Below the pieces are notes generated by a model. The model searched no databases. It was given only the letters and a program-made list of their open reading frames with translations, and was not told the DNA's origin. Below are positions 1-8,398 of a DNA stretch of 29,849 nt, piece by piece. Within the stretch, counting starts at the first letter, position 1, and the number at the start of each line of letters is the position of its first letter. The position numbers were made by a program, and so were the translations under genes. The stretch comes from Candidatus Thorarchaeota archaeon (lineage in GTDB: Archaea; Asgardarchaeota; Thorarchaeia; Thorarchaeales; Thorarchaeaceae): contig JAEOUG010000033.1 of NCBI GenBank assembly GCA_016839445.1, positions 1-29,849 on the forward strand, in the 5' to 3' direction.

Positions 1-861
1 CTCGATTGGACCCTTCGGCACGGGCATCCCAAACTGATCGCACAATATACGGATGATTAGGCGGAGTAATGACTCTCTGAAGGCAAGATCTATGGCCACC
101 ATGGTATGGACCTCGCGTTGCATCACCTTACTAATGGCACTGGGGTCAAGGGCCTCACTCTTGTCCTGCTTGTTTGCTACTACCACCAAGGGGGTCTCAG
201 GGTACTTGGCAGTAACTCCCGCAAGAATCTTGTTGGACTCGACGATGTTCACAAGAGTGGAGTCAGTGAGGAGGAATACAAGGTTCGCGCCACTGAAGTC
301 CCAGAGCTTACGATATTGCTCCTGGCCGGCGAAATCAAACACGACGAGCTCGTAGTTACCGAAGCGAATTCTCTCAATCAATTCAGTGTTCAGGGCGATA
401 GTCGGAGTGTCTGAAGCCGGGGGCTCTTTTCCCATGAGAAGATGAAGCAGACTTGTCTTGCCTACTCCAGTCCCGCCTGCAAGCGCGATGACGTACTTGC
501 TGACCACAATGGGGTCTATGAGAGATGAGTATTCCTTTTTGATTTCCTTGGCGGTTAGGCGCTCCAGTGACCCCTTAATGACACGTGCTGCTCGGTTGAT
601 CTGTCCCGTTATCTCTGAGTCATTCGATTTGGGACTGGTCGCGAAGACTATCAGAGCGTCGTCTCCGCACTCCCTGCTGTGATACTTGAAACGCTCGATC
701 TGAAGAGGCTTGTACCGGTTCCTGGGAGACTCTGAAACAAGTTCATCCATTCTGCTGAGGTATTTGGTGATGTGGCTCATAGAAGGAGTGTCTGGCCAGT
801 ACTCAGAGGAGGCTATCTTACGGCAGCTAGGCATACGAAGTAAGACCACACTGAATATCAC
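1..861 (-). CDS. Longin-like domain + small GTPase fusion (Arf/Rab-like), paralogue 2; 3' end runs off window (not in ORF track)
   Basis: Manual translation from GTG at 861 is open to position 1 (287 codons): MIFSVVLLRMPSCRKIASSEYW...G1 AGGTGVGKTS, G2 DTPTIA, G3 FDFAGQE, G4 NKQD, MVAID. Colinear with 954..1850. Confidence 0.9.
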   Translation of the reverse strand, partial: MIFSVVLLRMPSCRKIASSEYWPDTPSMSHITKYLSRMDELVSESPRNRYKPLQIERFKYHSRECGDDALIVFATSPKSNDSEITGQINRAARVIKGSLERLTAKEIKKEYSSLIDPIVVSKYVIALAGGTGVGKTSLLHLLMGKEPPASDTPTIALNTELIERIRFGNYELVVFDFAGQEQYRKLWDFSGANLVFLLTDSTLVNIVESNKILAGVTAKYPETPLVVVANKQDKSEALDPSAISKVMQREVHTMVAIDLAFRESLLRLIIRILCDQFGMPVPKGPIE

Positions 862-953
862 GGGGACACCCCACTAGGACTGCATCTGCAGAGATGTGTT
901 TGCAGACTTAAGACATTGTCATACAGTACTGCCGATTCGGTGTCCAGGTACAT

Positions 954-1850
954 CTACTCGTCATCAATGAACTGAAGAAGGTCCTCGGGGGGAACATCAG
1001 GAATCCGGACGTTGACATGTCTGGCCGCCGTGTCAAGGAGTATCTTGAGGATGTCATCTCTGTAGCAGAGATCCACAGCCACAAGCGGATGGGTTTCAGC
1101 ACCAATCAGACGCTCTATTATTGATGGATCAAGGGCATTGGGGAGATCTTGCTTGTTCGCAATCACAACAACAGGTACGTTGGGAGCGTCTCGCCGAATC
1201 ATGGAGTATATGTCCTTGGAAACAAGGATGTTCCGCAACGTCGAGTCAGTGAGGAGGAAGACAATATCCGCCCCCTGGAAGTAGAGCTTCCAGAGCTTGC
1301 GGAAGCGCTCTTGGCCGGCGAAGTCCCAGAGAACCAAGGAATACGTGGCGAAGTGGATGTTGTCGATGACATCCATGCCAAGAGCAATTGTAGGAATGTA
1401 CTGCTCAGGCGGCCGCTTGCCCATGAGAAGATGTAGTGTCGTGGTCTTTCCAACACCACCTTCGCCAACCAGTGCAATCTTCAGCTTCGAATGAACAAAC
1501 GGTTTGACGAGCTTCTCGTAATGCTTCTTGACATAGGTCAGATTCTTCTCCTTGAGGACATCCTCTATGGCTTCTGCCGCAGAGCCTATCCTCTCGTTGA
1601 CACTGCGATCGGCTTCATCGACATCAGTCACGAAGATAAGATGATAGTCCTTGCCAAGGTCTCTTCCGAAGTACTTGTTTCCCTTTATGGTGAGAGAGAT
1701 GTCCTCTCTGCCCTTCGAGACCTCCCCAATCTCTGACCTTGCTTCTAGATACTCAAGAATGTCGGGCCGGGGCACTTTGACTGTCCAGTACTCTGTGGTG
1801 GCCACTGCACGTGCGCTCTTCTTACGGAGCAGAACTGTGCTGTGTATCAA
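954..1850 (-). CDS. Longin-like domain + small GTPase fusion (Arf/Rab-like), paralogue 1
   Basis: G1 GEGGVGKT, G2 YIPTI, G3 WDFAGQE, G4 NKQD. The N-terminal ~120 aa show a beta-beta-alpha-beta-beta-beta-alpha-alpha pattern suggestive of a longin fold (inference). SD-like GGTGGAGTGA precedes the TTG start. Confidence 0.9.
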   Translation of the reverse strand: MIHSTVLLRKKSARAVATTEYWTVKVPRPDILEYLEARSEIGEVSKGREDISLTIKGNKYFGRDLGKDYHLIFVTDVDEADRSVNERIGSAAEAIEDVLKEKNLTYVKKHYEKLVKPFVHSKLKIALVGEGGVGKTTTLHLLMGKRPPEQYIPTIALGMDVIDNIHFATYSLVLWDFAGQERFRKLWKLYFQGADIVFLLTDSTLRNILVSKDIYSMIRRDAPNVPVVVIANKQDLPNALDPSIIERLIGAETHPLVAVDLCYRDDILKILLDTAARHVNVRIPDVPPEDLLQFIDDE

Positions 1851-1904
1851 GGAGAGTCACTCCACCTTATCGGAGGCGTCTTGTGTCACTCACACTCTGC
1901 GATG

Positions 1905-1955
1905 AATATAAGGCGTCTTCTGACAGACTGCCAGTTCTGGCGATTGTATTTATAG
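1905..1955. promoter_or_regulatory. Divergent archaeal TATA boxes between the GTPase pair and the small membrane protein
   Basis: Minus-strand CTTATATT (1905-1912) upstream of 1850 and plus-strand TTTATAG (1949-1955) upstream of ATG 1992. Confidence 0.5.
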
Positions 1956-1991
1956 CAGTGTGACCCATACTCCTATGGGGAGATTGTTCCA

Positions 1992-2267
1992 ATGGCTGAA
2001 ATCGATACTCCACGAGACCCATGGAAACCTCCGCCGTCACAGGGCGGTGGAGCAGATGCAACAGGAGGGGCACTGGCAGTCACAGCTCTGGGCGGGTGCT
2101 GCGGAGTCTGTTTCCTGATTTTCGGCGCGGTCTTTGCGTCGTTTCTGTTGTTCCCCTACGGACTTGGGCTCGGATTAGGACTGCTCGGCGTTCTGGGAGT
2201 AGTCGTCGGGATTTACTTGCTGTACTGGACCTGCAGGTATGCGCAGCAACATAGCCGCGTGTATTAG
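1992..2267 (+). CDS. Small hypothetical membrane protein (about 2 TM helices)
   Basis: 91 aa with two Gly/Leu-rich hydrophobic segments; TATA box upstream. Confidence 0.65.
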   Translation: MAEIDTPRDPWKPPPSQGGGADATGGALAVTALGGCCGVCFLIFGAVFASFLLFPYGLGLGLGLLGVLGVVVGIYLLYWTCRYAQQHSRVY

Positions 2268-2408
2268 CGGCGCCAATCGGACCCACCACAGGACACAGAT
2301 TGAGTGGCATAGCTGGCAACCTACGCGTAATAGTAGGTCCTAGCGCAGTTGAACAGAGCGAATAGCTTACTAACCTTTGGATGACAAGTATGACTTGAGC
2401 GTGGTCCG

Positions 2409-3245
2409 TTGTCAAATCCAAGTCGGAGCTATCTTACGCGGTCCTTCAAGAGCCTAGGTTTCCGGGTCAAGAATCTGGTAGTGCTAGAGAGGTGCGATGA
2501 TGTCGAGCGCGCGGAGGTCACCTTTGACCGCCTCACATATCCAAACGCCGAGGCACACCTGTTCACTGCAGGTGACGCTGCTCTGTGGACTCCCTGCTTC
2601 TCAGACTCGTACGACGTTGTTCTTCGCAAAGAGCTGTCTTTGGGGGAGGATGGAATCTTGGCCGAGTGGTCCAGATTGCTCTCCAGAATCGCTCAATTGG
2701 CAACGCATCTTGCAGACTACAGAAACCGAGTTCGACATGGGGACTACCCCAGCGTGATATGGGCTCACACCGATCGAGCATGGCACCGAAGGGAGTGGAG
2801 CATCATTCCTCACCCCCTTCCAGACCCTGAAGACTTCATTCACTACGTGGATGTGTCAATACGGTCTCACATCCTGACACTCAATGAGCTCGGCTTTGGG
2901 ACAATGGAGAGCTGTTCAGGTCTGAAACAGGAACATACGGATAGGGATCCATACTGGCCCTACGTCATGTTTGATGAGAGATCTTATCCTGGAATCGCCC
3001 CCCATCTATTCACTCTTGCAGACATGGCTAGCTGGGTCCCTACTTTGGCCCCGCACAGTTTCGATGTATATCTGAAGGTGATGAAAGGCGACAAGGTTGC
3101 AGATGCTTGGGACCGACTCATTGCCTCGGCCTCCACTCTTTACGACTTCTTGGCCTCCTATCGGAATCACAGAGTACCAGAGTCTCACGCCGCGCAGGGG
3201 AACATCCAGAAACTGAATCGACATGACATGTGTTTCCCCAGATAG
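2409..3245 (+). CDS. Hypothetical protein; C-terminal half has a TYW3-like D-x-x-I...LN...T-x-x-SCSG motif
   Basis: 278 aa ORF filling the gap; contains VDVSIRSHILTLNELGFGTMESCSG. Confidence 0.7.
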   Translation: MSNPSRSYLTRSFKSLGFRVKNLVVLERCDDVERAEVTFDRLTYPNAEAHLFTAGDAALWTPCFSDSYDVVLRKELSLGEDGILAEWSRLLSRIAQLATHLADYRNRVRHGDYPSVIWAHTDRAWHRREWSIIPHPLPDPEDFIHYVDVSIRSHILTLNELGFGTMESCSGLKQEHTDRDPYWPYVMFDERSYPGIAPHLFTLADMASWVPTLAPHSFDVYLKVMKGDKVADAWDRLIASASTLYDFLASYRNHRVPESHAAQGNIQKLNRHDMCFPR

Positions 3246-3285
3246 AGAGAGGAGCACTCGCGCCCCCAACCTCAGTGAAAAGGAG

Positions 3286-3404
3286 TGGCGCCCAGGAAGA
3301 GATTCGAACTCTTGCCTCCCAAAGGGAGAGCAGCTGCCCGTTCGACAGGCCGTCAGAGGACCGCCGTCTCCAGGCTGCCGCCGTCGCCGCTTGGCTACCT
3401 GGGC
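3286..3404 (-). tRNA. tRNA-Ser(GGA) with 32-nt intron at 37/38 (3336-3367) and encoded CCA
   Basis: Minus strand: acceptor GCCCAGG/CCTGGGC, D stem GCC/GGC, anticodon stem GCAGC/GCTGC with loop CT-GGA-G^A, long variable arm CTCCC-TTT-GGGAG, T arm AAGAG-TTCGAAT-CTCTT, discriminator G, CCA. Confidence 0.93.
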
Positions 3405-3465
3405 ACAGGGGAGGAGGTGCGCCAGAGTTCCTTTTCATCTTTTCCCTTAGAACTTGATGTTGGTC

Positions 3466-4509
3466 TCATCTTCCGGCGAGGGACATCTCATCGGCGTAGT
3501 TGATTGCCATCATCTCCTTGATACGATCCTCATCATGAGTATGTCCTAGTACCCACGCAAGCTTCACCAATGCTGCTTCAGAGGTCATGTCATAGGCGCT
3601 TATTGCTCCGACCTCCATCGCGGCACGGCCTACTTCGTAGAGTGATAGGTCTGCCTGCCCGAAAGCACACTGAGAGCTAATGACCACGGTGCAGCCTTGG
3701 TCAACGGCTTGCAGAATGTTCCCTGTAAGCGCGTTCTCATTCGTGGGGACGTTGCCAGAGCCGTACCCCTCAATGACGATGCCTTGGTACCCAATGTCAA
3801 CAATCCTGGCCAGAATCTGAGGAGGCATGCCTGGAAAGACCTTCAGGAGGAAGACCCTGTCATCGAGCCGTGTGTCGAACCGGGGCACGAGTGTATGGTC
3901 ACGGTGTCGCCTCCTGTCATAGAGGACTATGTCACGAGCAAGGATGCCTATTGGTGAGGGGTCCATGGAGTCGAATGCATCATAGGAGTTGACTCGGACC
4001 TTTTTCGTACGAGTTGCCCGATGGACCTCGCCGTTGAAAACGACGCATGTCTCTCCAAGGTCTCCAAAGGCGGCCAGTCTGATGGCATCGAGGAGGTTCC
4101 TGGGGCCGTCACTCCACGGCACGGTTGCTGAAATCTGTGCTCCCGTGAACACGATGGGTTTTCCGAAGTCCTGAATCATGAAGCTCACAGCGGCTGAGGA
4201 ATAGCACATAGTGTCTGTACCATGCGTTACAACGATGCCGCTGAGGTCGTCAATCTCCTCGCTGACGCTCTTCACGGCTGCTGCAATCTGCTGCCAGTGA
4301 TATGGCTGTGCATTCGCGGAGTCAAGCTCGAAGAGCTCACGCTTGATGACCTCAACGTTACCGAGGCCCTTGGGGAGGCGCTCCAGTAACGCGTCTACAG
4401 AGAGACCAGGTCGCAATGCATGCGTGGCTGAATCATAGATACTCGCGATGGTGCCTCCTGTTGTGATCAAGCATACTCTGGCAGTGTCCTCCGTAGCCAT
4501 GACAATCAA
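3466..4509 (-). CDS. ansA: L-asparaginase type I family
   Basis: TTGGTIAS and THGTDTM catalytic Thr motifs; GYGSGN and SQC; no GatD N-terminal extension. Confidence 0.88.
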   Translation of the reverse strand: MIVMATEDTARVCLITTGGTIASIYDSATHALRPGLSVDALLERLPKGLGNVEVIKRELFELDSANAQPYHWQQIAAAVKSVSEEIDDLSGIVVTHGTDTMCYSSAAVSFMIQDFGKPIVFTGAQISATVPWSDGPRNLLDAIRLAAFGDLGETCVVFNGEVHRATRTKKVRVNSYDAFDSMDPSPIGILARDIVLYDRRRHRDHTLVPRFDTRLDDRVFLLKVFPGMPPQILARIVDIGYQGIVIEGYGSGNVPTNENALTGNILQAVDQGCTVVISSQCAFGQADLSLYEVGRAAMEVGAISAYDMTSEAALVKLAWVLGHTHDEDRIKEMMAINYADEMSLAGR

Positions 4510-4552
4510 CTCGCGTTACGGATTGCTGGTGACGTTTATCGCTCTTGTGTTC

Positions 4553-5503
4553 TCACTTGAGGGCTTCAGCTGGATGGACAACCTCAACGGATCCATCCTT
4601 TGCCAGTCTGATTCTCATGAGGTCTCGAGCAATGATTGAGTTGGGAAATACACTCCTCGCCTCGTCGAGGACTTCGTCACCTTCGAAGTATCTGGGACTG
4701 TAGTGAGTAAGAGCAAGGAGGGTAACTCCGGAGTGCCTAGCAATCATAGCAGCTCCCTCTGCGGTGGAGTGTCCTCGCTCTTCTGCTAGATCAGCATGTT
4801 CTCGAGTGTACATTGCCTCTGAAATCAGGATATTGGCACCTTTGGCTGCGTTCTTCAAGGACTCGCATGGACGTGTGTCTCCAGAGTAGACTACCTTCAG
4901 AGGAGGCAGGGGAGGCCCCGTGACATCATCTGGTGATATCACACGGCCGTCTTCAAGAGTGACGACCTCTCCCTCTGCAAGGCGGCTCCAGAGAGGTCCC
5001 TTAGGCACTCCAAGTTGCTCTGCACGCTCGGGGTGAAAAGGCCCAGTTGGTCGTTCCCACACGATTTCAAAGCCGAGGGCAAATCCGCGATGGTCCACCT
5101 CGAAGGCCCGAACACTGAGATTCTTCTCACTGAACACGATACCAGGTTCTATCCCATAGATTGTGGTCTCGAAGGTTGTGCCAAGGTTGATTGTCTTCTG
5201 GGCGGCCCTGACGAAATCGATAAGCTCTGCAGGCCCATAAACGGACAGGGGCTTCATCCGTCCCAGGAGAGAGAAACGTAGGAGCAACCCTGGAAGACCC
5301 AAGAGATGGTCGGCATGAGCGTGCGAGACGAAGACGGCCATGCTCCGGTTTGTGCCGATGGATGCCTTCTCAAACTGCCTCTGGACATCCTCGCCTGCAT
5401 CGAATAGGAGTGCCCACCCCTCGTAGAGCACTGCAATGGCTGGCAGGTTTCTTCCTTCGGTTGGCATGCTGCCGCCAGTGCCGAGGAAGACAACTTCTAT
5501 CAT
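4553..5503 (-). CDS. rnz: Ribonuclease Z (tRNase Z, short form)
   Basis: FLGTGG, FDAGE, metallo-beta-lactamase HAHADH, GP-rich exosite GVPKGP, SGDT, GHST, THYSPRY. Confidence 0.95.
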   Translation of the reverse strand: MIEVVFLGTGGSMPTEGRNLPAIAVLYEGWALLFDAGEDVQRQFEKASIGTNRSMAVFVSHAHADHLLGLPGLLLRFSLLGRMKPLSVYGPAELIDFVRAAQKTINLGTTFETTIYGIEPGIVFSEKNLSVRAFEVDHRGFALGFEIVWERPTGPFHPERAEQLGVPKGPLWSRLAEGEVVTLEDGRVISPDDVTGPPLPPLKVVYSGDTRPCESLKNAAKGANILISEAMYTREHADLAEERGHSTAEGAAMIARHSGVTLLALTHYSPRYFEGDEVLDEARSVFPNSIIARDLMRIRLAKDGSVEVVHPAEALK

Positions 5504-5564
5504 GAGAAGACCACATTGCCATTGTCAGACGTTGACAGATATGAATTGCGCGGGACAGAGTCAA

Positions 5565-6974
5565 TCAGGGAGCAAGGTCAACAGGGATACTCTGTGACCC
5601 CTCGCGTCGGAGGGTTCCATAGTTGCGCGCATCAAAGAAGTATGAACCCCACTTCCAGGATCCCCTCTTGTTATCGAACAGTGAAGAGATCTTGAGTGGT
5701 TGAGCCGCACTGGCAGAAATCTCGAAGGCCTTCAGATCATGGACTCGGGAAACCTCCTGCTGAAGTATCCCAATAACATCTTGGCCGGAACCAGCTGGAA
5801 GTGCCGCCATCAGAAGGAGGCTTCTCTCGGATGCGTCCTCAAGATTGTATATCATGCTCTGGTATGTGAGAGGAAGCCCAGACCAGGCCTGCATGATTGC
5901 ACCTGTGCATTCGGGAGAAGCGATGCAGCAGATTCTGTCACTTAGCGCAGGGATCTCAACTCGCGCACGAGGGAGAATGAGGTTCCCTTTGAGAATCTCT
6001 GAACGCCTCCGGAATGCGGTAGCTGTAGAGACTCGAGCTCTCGTTGAGAGGTCATTTGCGGTGATGTCGAAGTCTTCCAGGAGTACATCCATAATTCGCA
6101 GATCAGAGGCCCGAAGGTCCGAAGGCTCCGATGTCGTCGGAATGGGGAGACTGGAGAGAGTGATGGGGCTGCCGCCATTCCTCAACATCAGCTGAAAATG
6201 AAGCAGGTCAATCCGCCATCCGTCGTGACTGAAATAGAGACTGCTGAAGCGCGGCTTCCCGGGGGATATTCCGTAGACAGCAGTTCTCTCGGTCGAGGAC
6301 CGCGTGCTGCGGATGGTCTTCAGGAGATCATCCCGTCGCCGAGTTGGGACCACTGCAAATGAGAGAACCAGACTAGAGTAGCCATCAACCATCAAGCTCA
6401 GAGGAATGTACGGACCACTCAGCACAATGGAGGGAGCCTCCATTATGATGACAACTCTCTCAAGGCCAAGAGAGTCTGTATTGAGCAAACCTCGTGTTCT
6501 GAGCACCTGTGCATCGAACAATCGCTTCTGTGCTCTTCTGGCCTGAGCATAGGACAGCTCAGCTCTCTGGGCCAAAGCCTTCAGATTAGAGCCGGGGCTT
6601 CTTAGGGTGGCCTCTAGGAAGGGTCCCTCTGTGGAAGACAGGCGAGAAACGTTGTCGCGCCATAGATTCCTTATGACACTCATCACATCGCGCTGACTTA
6701 TGATCGAAACATCACCAAGGGCGATGACTTCCTGAAGTCTTGCGTAGAGAGCATTGTACAGGCTGCCTCGATATGAAACAAGCATCCGTTTCAGCTCGAC
6801 GATGTCGTCATCCTTCTCATGGAAGACCTCGAGCTCAACGCCCTTCTCGAATTGACTGACATAGCGAAGAACGGCCCGAGCGCTTGGAGACAGCTTCCGT
6901 GTAGTTGCCTCGTCGTCATTGCCGTTCATTTTGGGCTCTCCGTGTGACCCTTCATCCAATCCTATCTCTGTCAT
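5565..6974 (-). CDS. Tandem Lrp/AsnC-like winged-HTH protein (two HTH + effector-domain repeats)
   Basis: HTH1 PGSNLKALAQRAELSYAQARRAQKRL followed by LNTDSLGL; HTH2 DLRIMDVLLEDFDITANDLSTRARVSTATAFRR. Start moved to ATG 6974 because a TATA-like CTTAAAT (about 7036-7042) sits right against the longer ORF start. Confidence 0.7.
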   Translation of the reverse strand: MTEIGLDEGSHGEPKMNGNDDEATTRKLSPSARAVLRYVSQFEKGVELEVFHEKDDDIVELKRMLVSYRGSLYNALYARLQEVIALGDVSIISQRDVMSVIRNLWRDNVSRLSSTEGPFLEATLRSPGSNLKALAQRAELSYAQARRAQKRLFDAQVLRTRGLLNTDSLGLERVVIIMEAPSIVLSGPYIPLSLMVDGYSSLVLSFAVVPTRRRDDLLKTIRSTRSSTERTAVYGISPGKPRFSSLYFSHDGWRIDLLHFQLMLRNGGSPITLSSLPIPTTSEPSDLRASDLRIMDVLLEDFDITANDLSTRARVSTATAFRRRSEILKGNLILPRARVEIPALSDRICCIASPECTGAIMQAWSGLPLTYQSMIYNLEDASERSLLLMAALPAGSGQDVIGILQQEVSRVHDLKAFEISASAAQPLKISSLFDNKRGSWKWGSYFFDARNYGTLRREGSQSIPVDLAP

Positions 6975-7053
6975 GTGGCATCCCCGAGGGCCAATTAGAA
7001 GGCTGGTGTTACTGTCCGGGAGTCTTGTCACGTCGATTTAAGTCCGCCATCGG

Positions 7054-7797
7054 TCAAAGCGGAACCGAATCTCTCCAGAGGGATTCGAAATAGGCGCCGG
7101 CCATAGCAGCAAAGATGGCGTGAGAGGAGTAGATACCGAGGAACTCGTCGCCCCCTGCCAGCATGATTAGGGTCTGCAGCCGGTCTACTACAATGCCTGC
7201 CCCAAACACTCTCTCACGCGTCCTGACTTCAAAACCATCTGGAATCAGAGAGCGGAAAGACTCGGGAACAGAGGAAGTAAGTACCATGACATGGCCCCTG
7301 ACACCTAGCACTCTCTCCACAACAGCATCGATGTCTTCTGTCGCAAGATCGAACTCGGGTAGAGAGATGAGAACCTCCTCCCGAGCCGAGTCAAGCAGCT
7401 CAATGGCCTTAGCAAGGATGGCTGCGCGCCCGTGCATGACAAAGACATCACGCGTCGACACCTGTATCTCCTTTTCAAAGAGAGGCTGAAGCCCGTCGAC
7501 AACTTGCTTGGTGGATTGGTCGATTCGCTCCTCCCAGTCAAGCTTGATTAGACGCACAACTTCTGTGGGGGCCTTGGCAACATACGTAGTGGGACGACCT
7601 CTCTTAGTCTGAATGAACTGCTTCTCTTCCAGCTTCCCCAGAATGTCGTAGATGCGCGAGTATGGTACGCCGGACTTGGTGGAAACATCTGATGCACCCA
7701 TCTCACCACCACTGACCAGAGCGATGTATGCTTGGGTTTCATACTCGGTAAGACCCAGCTGTTTCAATGCCTTAATGGTCGCCTCACTCACTGACAT
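7054..7797 (-). CDS. TrmB family transcriptional regulator
   Basis: LGLTEYETQAYIAL...SGVPYSRIYDILGKLEEKQFI...GRPTTY N-terminal wHTH plus C-terminal effector domain (IVVDR). ATG 7797 chosen to avoid overlap with rdgB. Confidence 0.9.
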   Translation of the reverse strand: MSVSEATIKALKQLGLTEYETQAYIALVSGGEMGASDVSTKSGVPYSRIYDILGKLEEKQFIQTKRGRPTTYVAKAPTEVVRLIKLDWEERIDQSTKQVVDGLQPLFEKEIQVSTRDVFVMHGRAAILAKAIELLDSAREEVLISLPEFDLATEDIDAVVERVLGVRGHVMVLTSSVPESFRSLIPDGFEVRTRERVFGAGIVVDRLQTLIMLAGGDEFLGIYSSHAIFAAMAGAYFESLWRDSVPL

Positions 7798-7825
7798 TGC
7801 AGGAGAGAGAGGTATTGACTCAGTC

Positions 7826-8398
7826 TTAAGACTTGTCAACCATGTCCACATACCAGTCCAAGAACGCGGCAAATGCTCGCGTACGATGTGACATGCCGAC
7901 CTTCTCCTCTAGGCTCATCTGTGCGTACGTCTTCTTGGCACCCTCTGGAATGAAGACTGGATCGTATCCAAACCCTCCTTCCCCGGCGGGGGCGGTTCCA
8001 ATGCTTCCCTTGACCTCTCCCTCAAACGACCTGAGATGAACGCCATCACAATACCCCACTGCAGTGACAAAGACGGCGGAACGATCACTGCGGCCCTCGA
8101 GGAGGCGCAGAATGCCGTTGTTGCCTATTGACTTGAGGACATAGGCGGCATAGGAGCCCGGGAACCCATCCAATGCAAGTATGTAGAGCCCTGTATCATC
8201 TACTATCACGGGACGTTTCAGGATGCTGTAGGCGTGCCGGGCCGCTGCCAACGCAATATCCTCCACCCGCTCGGAGCGGATCTCAATCTTCTCTACATCT
8301 GTTGTGTCGTAGAGAACGCCATATCTATCGAAGAGAGGTCTTAGTTCCTCGAGCTTATGCCTGTTCTGAGTCACAAGCACTGGTCTATCCCTTGACAT
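7826..8398 (-). CDS. rdgB: Non-canonical purine NTP pyrophosphatase (RdgB/HAM1)
   Basis: VTQNRHK, DDTGLYILALDGFPG, GFGYDPVF, K-x4-SHR signature. Confidence 0.95.
   Translation of the reverse strand: MSRDRPVLVTQNRHKLEELRPLFDRYGVLYDTTDVEKIEIRSERVEDIALAAARHAYSILKRPVIVDDTGLYILALDGFPGSYAAYVLKSIGNNGILRLLEGRSDRSAVFVTAVGYCDGVHLRSFEGEVKGSIGTAPAGEGGFGYDPVFIPEGAKKTYAQMSLEEKVGMSHRTRAFAAFLDWYVDMVDKS

Noticed and set aside
53-682. Plus-strand ORFs 53..355, 106..414 and 458..682
   Set aside because: Antisense shadows of the minus-strand GTPase 1..861, which carries all the G motifs.
3286-3404. Possible tRNA-Sec, or a tRNA acting as an integration site
   Set aside because: The anticodon is GGA with a normal 7/5 acceptor/T stem. 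No duplicated tRNA 3' end or integrase was noticed by eye.
3118-3503. Short ORFs overlapping 3286-3404
   Set aside because: They overlap a well-formed tRNA gene and have no protein-like features.
3466-4509. GatD (Glu-tRNA amidotransferase subunit D)
   Set aside because: It lacks the GatD N-terminal domain and no gatE is adjacent.
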